Shown here: piece after piece, positions 1 to 7,582 of the stretch
Layout of the letters: each line of letters starts with the position of its first letter
Numbering within the stretch: position 1 is the stretch's first letter
Origin: Paraspadella gotoi
Lineage: Eukaryota; Animalia; Chaetognatha
Reading direction: 5' to 3'
Length of the DNA stretch: 9,781 bases
NCBI GenBank assembly: GCA_051294375.1
Contig: JBJCIZ010000857.1
Location: 1-9,781, forward strand
Position numbers and translations under genes: made by a program
Notes under the pieces: generated by a model
Told to the model about the DNA's origin: nothing
Seen by the model: the letters and a program-made list of their open reading frames with translations, nothing else
Databases searched by the model: none

Positions 1-401
1 CCGGCTCCGGCTCCACATCCTGGCTTTAAACAACATGTTTTAATAAGTACATCTCGTCGTTCTCCAAACTGATGACCATTCGGGGCAATCGACCCTACTA
101 GCTGCTTAGTCGAATTTTGCGCGTTTTCAGTGACATTCTCTGTCCCTCCTCCATCACTCCGCTTAAACAAATCTTGGAAGCGCGAGCGAACGCAACCGCG
201 CTTGCCGAAATTAGGCCGGCGTTGCTTTGCCGGAACAACTGGCCGCCGTTGCGACACAGTCTCGGGAAAGGAACCGACTGCTGACGACGACGACGGACGC
301 GACCCGACCGATAACAAATGATGACGGGAAAAGGAAAAAGTTGGTTACTGAGATGTCTAACCGTTGAAGTTGGTCAAACAGAGATGCGATTAGACGTGAA
401 A

Positions 402-429
402 TCTCTCTCTCTTTCTCTCTCTCTCTCCT

Positions 430-498
<69 letters not shown>

Positions 499-502
499 TC
501 TC
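402..502. repeat. (CT)n microsatellite, imperfect
   Basis: Seen: ~100 bp of near-pure TC dinucleotide with occasional TT/CC interruptions. Confidence 0.97.
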
Positions 503-720
503 CATGATGTGTTTCGATATTTCCGTTATTCATCTGCCCCTAGATTAATTGCCGTCGTTAACATACTTCCTTTTGTGGTTTGCGTTGCCAAACGAGCCGC
601 CGAATCGCATTACATCCTGGTCTCCTTGAGAAGTCCCCTACATCCGGAGTTCGAGCGAGCATCATCGGCCGGTGACGCGATAACGACAGCTAATTGGGGT
701 CGTCCCTCTCCCAGGAGTAC

Positions 721-854
721 GAGAGAGGAGTGAGCGAATAGAGCGAGAGAGAGATGAGAGAGAGAGGAGGAGGAGAGAGAGAGAGAGATGAGAGAGATGA
801 GAGATGGGAGGGAGGAGACGAGACGCGGGGCGGGAAGGGAGAGAGGCAAGAGAG
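721..854. repeat. (GA)n-rich degenerate purine tract
   Basis: Seen: GAGAGA runs interrupted by T, C and GGA units. Confidence 0.9.
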
Positions 855-1061
855 CGCGGACAGAACTGACGCGGTTATAAAATTTATAATATGATTCACA
901 TTAACCTCGGCTGAGTCACACCTCGCGAACGCTGTGACCAATAAAGATGCGACTCCCTAACAAACACAGTTTTGGTTCAATTTACGAACAAACAAAGTCT
1001 CCGCCCTTTTTTCTCGATTTCTGCTGATTTCTTTTTTGATTTTGAGAATGCAAAGTCTCTC

Positions 1062-1221
1062 TAAGAGATACTCCTCTCTTCTCCTTCTCCCCCTTCTCTC
1101 TCTCTCTAATTGTGGCGTCCCGACATTCTGCGCTCTACAATCGAGAAAGGGAATAAAGAAAGGGAAATAAAGAGTGGGAGGGTGAGGGTAGAGGGGGGAG
1201 AGCGAGGAGAGCGAGAGGGAG
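1062..1221. repeat. Adjacent pyrimidine-rich (1062-1107) and purine-rich (1143-1221) low-complexity tracts
   Basis: Seen: a CT-rich stretch followed, after ~35 bp of mixed sequence, by a GA-rich stretch. Confidence 0.75.
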
Positions 1222-1653
1222 CGCCGATCGTCAGTAGATCTCCTCCTCCTTCCTCTTTCGCCGTTCTCATTCTTGTAACGCGATTGTCGTTTATTTCCTC
1301 CCGTTACGGATGCCATCTATCATTCATCTTTATGGTTTTTTAGATTTAAAAGTCGACGACGGTTTTTCATTTTTTTTTTTTATTTTCTTCGAGGAAAAGG
1401 AATCTTTCGGCGTTTTCTTAATTTTGTCTCCCTCTTTAAATTCAAGCCTCCTAATTCGTTCTGTCTCTCTCACTCTTTCTCTCCCTTAATTCGTCTCTCT
1501 TGCTTAATTTGTCGCCGCGATTCTTTTTCTTATCTTGAAAAGAAGTATCACTTCCTAGCCATAAAACTCAAAAAGAGCCGAATAAGGAGGCCCTGCCTCC
1601 TTGTCGGTGTCCATCTTCGGGGCGTCGGCGTCAGATTTCGTTATTCTGCACCC

Positions 1654-1657
<4 letters not shown>

Positions 1658-1688
<31 letters not shown>

Positions 1689-1715
1689 TCTCTCTTTCTC
1701 TCTCTCTCTCTCTCT

Positions 1716-1763
<48 letters not shown>
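1658..1763. repeat. (CT)n microsatellite, imperfect
   Basis: Seen: ~105 bp TC repeat with few interruptions. Confidence 0.97.
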
Positions 1764-2452
1764 CCGCGAATATGGGTTGGCCAGAGAAGGCATTTTTTAG
1801 ACGAGGAAAGTTCTAGATAAGTGAAAGGAAAAAAAATATGCGCGAGACGATTTAGGCTGAAGAGGACTTGAGTTTTTCGCCCGCAACGATCAGGGCCGCG
1901 AATCGAAGCCTCGAGTCCGAGGGCGGCTACGATTTGTTTGTCGCCTCCGGGTGCTCTGCGAACGGCATGAGGCTCGAGGGCTGCCGATTCAGTGGGGGGA
2001 AGCTTCTGATTTGGCGGGCCAGCCCAGCCCGCGCGAGAGCTCGTAAGTCGTCGAAGGCTAAGATTGGGGCTATGAGCGGCCAATTAGGCCTTCCGGATAT
2101 GAGGGGTTTTTGTCTGTGAGCAGGAACTTACCAATGGCGTGTGTGCTTACACAAGTGCCAGTTGGCCTAAAGAAAAAAACCATTTTGAAATTGTTAACTT
2201 ATTTATATATTAATTTATAATTGTTAATTATTGCAAGAACACTTTTTACCTCCAAATCCATTTGGACTTTTTCTCACCTAAAAAAAACAACCAAAAAAAA
2301 AAACCCAAAAAATAAAACACGAACGAATTTGGATTGCGTGCGCGCCACTCTGCTTCCACGTCGCCCACCTGGCCGCCGCGCCAAACAGTATAGTATGAGG
2401 GTGGGGCTGCGAAGGCGACCGCGGGTTAAAATGAGAGCGGTAGCGTACAAAT

Positions 2453-2497
2453 ATGGCGCCATTGGCTCGTTAATGGCGGGAGGAGACGTAATGGCGG
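2453..2497. promoter_or_regulatory. Cluster of four YY1/Pho-type ATGGCG/CGCCAT cores with an overlapping reverse CCAAT box
   Basis: Seen: palindrome ATGGCGCCAT 2453-2462, TAATGGCGG at 2471-2479 and 2489-2497, ATTGG 2461-2465. Established: GCCAT is the YY1/Pleiohomeotic core. Function is inferred. Confidence 0.35.
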
Positions 2498-3230
2498 AGA
2501 GGGAGAGGCGTTGGGGTTGCCCTAGCGGCGAAAAAGGAGGGGAAAACGATGGTGTTGCTCCTGCTCGAAGATGTCTTGGCGTGTTTTAAGGCAGGAGTCA
2601 GTGAGGAGGATAGGAGATCAATTTCTATTTTTAATGTTAAAGGCTATAATTAAGATAATAAAGCAAGTGGTTGTTCAGAACCAAAAAAATAGAAAGATTT
2701 TTTATGGTTTCTGGGTCAATACTAAAGCCTTTTTTATTTTTTTTATTAAATGATTTTTGATGTTTTAAACTTTAAAGTAGGGTCTCGTATAAAAGAAAAC
2801 AATTTTTGGATTCCTTCGCCTCGATCCGCGCGACGTCTCAGCGTTTCATTCTCTCGACGTGTGGGAATGTGAGAACGAATGTTCCTTGCCGTCGGAAGAG
2901 AGGGACAAGACTTTGATCCGGATGTCCAAATGAGGAGGTGCGGTGTGGGGAAAGAAGTGGTGAAGCTAAAAGGTCGAAGCGAAAACAAAGAGGGTTTTTT
3001 AAAAGGTAAAATGAAGGTTGGGGCGGATTAATGCAATAGTTCGTATTGAATAGGCGCCCCGTCGCGGGAAAACGGGAGGCGGTGGTGGAGAAGATATGGG
3101 GGACGAGGAGAAAGGAGTGGTATTGGGGTCGGCCGGGTTTAAGGTCAAGGTTTTTAAGGTTTAGGTTCGATCAGAGAAATCGAAAGGTGAGCGTCTGCAG
3201 GAAAAGAGCCATAGAGAAAAAAGCGATGAT

Positions 3231-3348
3231 GGAGAGAGAGGAGAGGAGAGATCGAAGAGAGAGACGAGAGATGAGAGAGATGAGGACGAGATGAGACGAG
3301 TGTGAGAGAGAGAAGATCAATAGAGAGAGAGAGAGTAGAGGAGAGAGA
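3231..3348. repeat. (GA)n degenerate microsatellite
   Basis: Seen: GAGA runs interrupted by T/C. Confidence 0.9.
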
Positions 3349-4254
3349 ATTTGAGTTATGGGACGGGCGACGTATTATCACGTTCGACAAAGAAAATAAG
3401 ATCAGCGAAAGGAACATAGGTTGGACGAAAGAAAAAAAATAATTGTTAATTTCTGGCATCGCTTATTCATTAATAAATTGCGTCGAACATTTTTGTGAAG
3501 ATTAAAAAATTTTAGCTTATTTTTCCTTTTCATTTTTTTTTTTTCTTTGTTTCTTTGTTTCTTTCTCTTGTACCAAAGATTTCAACCAAAGATAACAAGG
3601 CGGCAGCCGACAGTGATTACAATTATGTGGCCCCATGACGTTTGAGCGTCGTTGGAAGAGAGGAGCGAGACCCTACTTTATCAATAAAGAGCAGAAGCAG
3701 GAAGAGGAATAAGGAAAGGAGAACGATCAGCGCGGGCTCTCTCTCCCTGTCACACCTCCCCCTCCTCTCATTTTCTCTCTTTCACTTTTTTGTTATTGTT
3801 GTGGACACCGGCCCCCCACACGCCCGTCCGTCGCGGTCTGGCCTTGACGATTTGGCCTTAATCGAGCGACTCTTTTTTGCGCTCGAGAGTCCTGCCGTGC
3901 GAGTTCTTTGTTCGCGCCGCGAACCTTTTGTTGCACGTAGTCGGCGCATCGCCAAATGCGTTGCACAAATCTCCGCTTGCTGTCCGCGCACAGATTCTCT
4001 CGGGGCGTTTTGCCTCGGGACTCGTGCGGGGAGCTTAATCGAAGGCTTCTGATCGTCGTGGAACGTTGGCCTGGATCCTCCTAAATATTCCTGACAATTG
4101 TCGCGAGAAGGACGGCTTCTAGTGGCCCGGATAGTGCGGGAGTGCCCCAGGGTGCTCACAGTATAATTGTTTTCGGCACAGGACTATTCCTCGATTAGCA
4201 GTGTAAACTAAAAAAGTTACCAATGATAGGACACCCAAATTTTGAATTGAATAT

Positions 4255-4870
4255 TACAGGCCGGGAGGTCCCAAGCTCTTTGGGGACTAAGATTAAAAAA
4301 ATTCTTTGGCAGCAGCAAATGGAGTAACTGGGTAAATAATCGAATTATGATTTGAAAATTGGTAAGCAAGTAAAGAGTTGTAATGACAACACAATCTATT
4401 AAAAAACTCATCTTTGGCAACCATGACTTTCTCCAAGTGTTCAGAGAAGGCGGCATATGCTTTTGCATTGCGCCAATTGGGAATGTTGTCAGTTCTATCA
4501 CTATTTCTGTTGTCAGAAAGTTGTCAGTTTTAGAGAGGATGCGTGGGACATTCTGCTTCGCAACCCTACATTTTCATTAATCAAGGGGATTGCCGTCAGA
4601 AAAACTGAGTCGGTCAAAAGTAAGAAGTCACCATCCATCACTTTGATTTACGCCTAAATTTCTCAAAATTTTGTAAGGAACCCCGCGCGAAAAAATATAA
4701 CATGCTATGCAAAATTCATTAATTACAAGAGTTGCCGGGACATTTTTCACTTAATTTTGATATCGATTGAAAGAGAAATTTGTCTAGCTTCCAAATATAA
4801 TCTATTTTTTCTACTATCGTTAACCGTTTCTGTGCTGTAAGCACTTGAAGTTAGTCCCAAAAGAGCTATA
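4255..4870. mobile_element. Putative decayed non-autonomous DNA transposon / MITE-like remnant
   Basis: Seen: AGCTCTTTGGGGACTAA (4274-4290) matches the reverse complement of 4851-4867 (AGCTCTTTTGGGACTAA) at 16/17; TA-CAGG lies just upstream (4255-4260); the interior is AT-rich and lacks the flanking microsatellites. Inference: resembles invertebrate TIR elements. No clean target-site duplication found and the boundaries are approximate. Confidence 0.45.
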
Positions 4871-4963
4871 TTTTGAAAACGCAAAATTTGTTGCTAACTT
4901 TATTAATTCGACCTACGTTTTACTTTCTCTTAATCTCATTCTTTTTTATTCTCAGAAAAAAAA

Positions 4964-5005
4964 NNNNNNNNNNNNNNNNNNNNNNNNNNNNNNNNNNNNN
5001 NNNNN
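4964..5005. other. Assembly gap (42 N)
   Basis: Seen: N run between an A tract and a (CT)n tract. Confidence 0.99.
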
Positions 5006-5006
5006 A

Positions 5007-5084
<78 letters not shown>
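5007..5084. repeat. (CT)n microsatellite
   Basis: Seen: near-pure TC repeat abutting the gap. Confidence 0.97.
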
Positions 5085-5363
5085 TGCTGGCACACAGGGA
5101 GACGATTGGCCACAAGTGTTTTCTTTTTTCTGAGAATGAAAAAAATGAGATTAAGGAAGTAAAACGTAGTATCTCTCTCTTGAGAGAGAGAAAACAAATC
5201 GCGCAAACAAGGTTTCCCCCCAATAACCTCAAGCGTAATCAACTGCTTCATGCAAATGAGATATCCTTGAGACGGGCCTCGGAGTCGGCCGAGAGCGGCG
5301 GCGGGCGGCGGGCGGCGTTGTTGTTTCGTTTTGTCAACTCTTGGCTTCGCAACTTGTCGGAGT

Positions 5364-5402
5364 TGAGAGAAGGAGAGAGAGACAGAGAGAAAGAGAGAGA
5401 GA
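5364..5402. repeat. Short (GA)n tract
   Basis: Seen: GAGAGAAGGAGAGAGAGACAGAGAGAAAGAGAGAGAGA. Confidence 0.85.
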
Positions 5403-5429
5403 TTGTTCAAAGTAATGGTGATGAATAGA

Positions 5430-5479
5430 GCCAGCCAGCCAGCCAGCAATGNNNNNNNNNNNCCAGCCAGTCAGCAATG
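5430..5479. repeat. (GCCA)n tetranucleotide repeat with a 17-bp direct duplication on either side of an 11-N gap (5452-5462)
   Basis: Seen: CCAGCCAGCCAGCAATG (5435-5451) and CCAGCCAGTCAGCAATG (5463-5479), 16/17 identical. Confidence 0.9.
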
Positions 5480-6162
5480 AAATTGAACATTTTAGAGAAA
5501 GGATAACAATTTGTGAATGCGACAAGTATAATTGTTTTGAGTTGAAATCATATCATACAAGATAAAATTCAAAAAAGCATTTGACCCATCGTAGGAAGAT
5601 GAAATGATATATGAATGAATAGTGATTTCGTCTTCGGCTGCACGCCCCCGCGCCCACGGCTTCCGCGTCCACCCTCGCCCCCTTCGCCTGCAACGCCGCC
5701 GCACGGACGTGCTCTCCGGAGAAGTGGTGAAAGGGAGGAAGTCGCTAAGTTAAAAGGGTCGCGGGGCGATTGGATTTTGACGCATCCTCTGATCGAAAAA
5801 GGAATAATGAAATTAAAGGGAGACGAAAGAAGGGGAGAAAGAGCGACGGAGAGGAAGAAAGAAGAAGTAAGAAAATCAAAGAAGAAGAATAAGAAGAGAA
5901 AATAGAAAAGATAAAAAAAAATATCGGTCAGCATAAATCATCTTACGGATTCGCCGCGCGATGATATTTGCCCGACGTTCTGATGAAATGCGCGGGAAAT
6001 ATTATACAGGTTTATTAAATGATAAAATTAAAATAAATTCAAAATTTGTTAATCTTTGCGACACGAGTTATATTTTTAATTCTAATTATGTTGTTTGCCG
6101 ACTTTCATACATTAATGTGATTTTTAGTCTTAATTTAAAAAACTGTTTGTCATGATATTTTC

Positions 6163-6238
6163 TACATAGCATACAATACATATTACAAATACATACATAC
6201 ATAATATACATACATCAGCATTCATCACATACATACAT
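6163..6238. repeat. Degenerate (ACAT)n microsatellite
   Basis: Seen: repeated ATAC/ACAT units. Confidence 0.85.
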
Positions 6239-6365
6239 TTGATACTGACATTTTATGGAATATTTTTTAAACCCTATGTTTAAATTTTTTTTTATTAACG
6301 CCTTCCGAGTGTGGCTTCTTCAATCAATTGCAAGCCAGCTTCTCTGCCCAATTCGCCTTCTCCAG

Positions 6366-6542
6366 TCAATATTCTTGTCTCAGACGTAAACGAAACGCAT
6401 CATCATGACGCGAACAGCATCCTCTTGGTGGGCGGCGGCGGCGGCGGCGGAGGCGCCGGCAGCGGGTTCATGAGTCAACTCTTCCTGTCGGCGTTGAGTT
6501 CGTCGTCCTGCATTTTCGCTGGTGGACAAAATCGATGTACCC
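6366..6542 (+). CDS. Candidate internal coding exon (177 nt, phase 1-1) encoding a His/Gly/Ser low-complexity peptide; product unknown
   Basis: Seen: pyrimidine-rich acceptor TTCGCCTTCTCCAG (AG 6364-6365), donor GTAAGC at 6543, fully open frame NILVSDVNETHHHDANSILLVGGGGGGGGAGSGFMSQLFLSALSSSSCIFAGGQNRCT, and a GC-rich block between AT-rich flanks. No recognised homology. Confidence 0.25.
6431..6460. repeat. (GGC)n trinucleotide repeat
   Basis: Seen: (GGC)6 GGA GGC GCC GGC. Confidence 0.9.
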
Positions 6543-6732
6543 GTAAGCGATTACCGCTTTTTTTTTTCAGATAGTCATTTTTTTTTACATAATTTTTTAT
6601 TTGTGTTTTGCTAGTTGGTGATCATGCACAAACATTGTAGTCCGTTTTCCCTCAATGGGCCCATTTCTTGTCGGCCTTAACGTTGGTCAAATCATCGTCA
6701 TGCATCATCGTCGTCTACTCTGTGCTGTGCAG

Positions 6733-6938
6733 TGTCTCATCATGCGCCATATTTTCTGAACGCTCTCGCCGCGGGACGGAGATCGCGAAACGGTAATGTA
6801 CGTAATGACCTTAACGAAGAACTTCGTCTAACTTTGTTGTCGCCTGATTGGCCTGCCATGAGCGGCTTGTCGCACCAACACTGGCGCAACTATCGGCCGA
6901 AGAAAGTATGGCAAGTATTGTCAGATTATGTGACTTGA
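6733..6938 (+). CDS. Candidate downstream exon, phase-compatible with 6366-6542; product unknown
   Basis: Seen: acceptor CTCTGTGCTGTGCAG (AG 6731-6732) enters the open 6732-6938 frame in phase 1 and runs to TGA 6936-6938; alternative donors GTAATG (~6793) and GTATGG (~6906). No recognised homology. Confidence 0.18.
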
Positions 6939-7040
6939 GCAGTCAACTTCCTAATTCTACTAACACATTTTCATAGTTTTGACAATTTAAAAAATAAACA
7001 AATCGGTTTTTAAAGGACAAAAATACAGCCGAGCTACATT

Positions 7041-7144
7041 CTGCTCTCTCTCTCTCTCCGTGTCCCCTCTCTGTCTGCTGCTCTGCTCTGCCTTCTGCCA
7101 GGTCCGTCTCTCTCTCTTCTCTGCTCTCATCAGTCTATCTCTCT
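7041..7144. repeat. Degenerate (CT)n/(CTCTG)n pyrimidine tract
   Basis: Seen: CTCT runs with CTG interruptions. Confidence 0.85.
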
Positions 7145-7582
7145 GCGCGCATTCGTTTTTAGCATACCGAAATTAGGCGCGCCTATTATGAGCATTATCC
7201 CGTTTTCGACAGCGCTCACACTTGCTCTTAAACCGGCACTTAGGGCCTAACCTCTCCCCCCATGGCATTATCCGCTCTAGCCAACTCCAATCCCATGTAT
7301 TCCCCTTTTTTCCCGTGCCACCCCTATAGCCGTCCCACGTCCGCCGCCCCGTCCCGCCCCCTACCTGGCGACGGAATCTGGGGATGGACTTCGAGAGGCT
7401 AAACCCAATTTCCTCGTGCGAGACTTGCCCGATCCCTCCTTCTGGCGTTCTTTGGTTGACCAGACGACTGGAGCCCTCATCTCTCGAGACAGCAGCGGCG
7501 GCGGCGGGCGTCGCCAAGAGGTCAATTGACTGGGGCGGACGGGGAAGGAGGTTAGGGGAGAATTTGAGAAGAAGGTTAAATA

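Larger units (their letters stand above)
4913..5169. repeat. Imperfect ~50-bp inverted repeat (arms 4913-4963 and 5124-5169) spanning an assembly gap
   Basis: Seen: left arm CTACGTTTTACTTTCTCTTAATCTCATTCTTTTTTATTCTCAGAAAAAA versus reverse complement of the right arm CTACGTTTTACTTCCTTAATCTCATTTTTTTCATTCTCAGAAAAAA; they differ only by small indels/substitutions in the pyrimidine runs. Confidence 0.9.

Noticed and set aside
318-941. ORFs rich in SLSLSL or ERERER (also 1601-2083, 3046-3459, 4845-5449, 8014-8365)
   Set aside because: They are translations of (CT)n/(GA)n repeats, which contain no stop codons; some also run through N gaps.
3642-4159. Overlapping 136-aa (+) and 125-aa (-) ORFs in a GC-rich block
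   Set aside because: Arg/Ser/Ala-rich composition typical of GC-rich non-coding frames, TTG/GTG starts, and no recognisable domain.
5435-5479. 17-bp direct repeat flanking the 11-N gap as a target-site duplication
   Set aside because: Most simply explained as unmerged overlapping contig ends or haplotypes in a (GCCA)n repeat.
6365-6394. VNILVSDVNE resembling the cadherin-repeat end motif (V-x-I-x-V-x-D-x-N-D-N-x-P)
   Set aside because: It lacks the DN-x-P completion, has no upstream LDRE/DxD motifs, and is followed by low-complexity sequence.
6404-6472. Minus-strand mini-ORF MNPLPAPPPPPPPPTKRMLFAS
   Set aside because: Only 22 codons, and it is simply the reverse reading of the (GGC)n repeat.
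205-7250. Scattered TTAGGC/GCCTAA hexamers (nematode telomere unit) and CCGAAATTAGGC twice (205-216, 7167-7178)
   Set aside because: About seven isolated copies, never tandem, which is close to chance for a hexamer on two strands of 10 kb; a single 12-mer match is also expected by chance.
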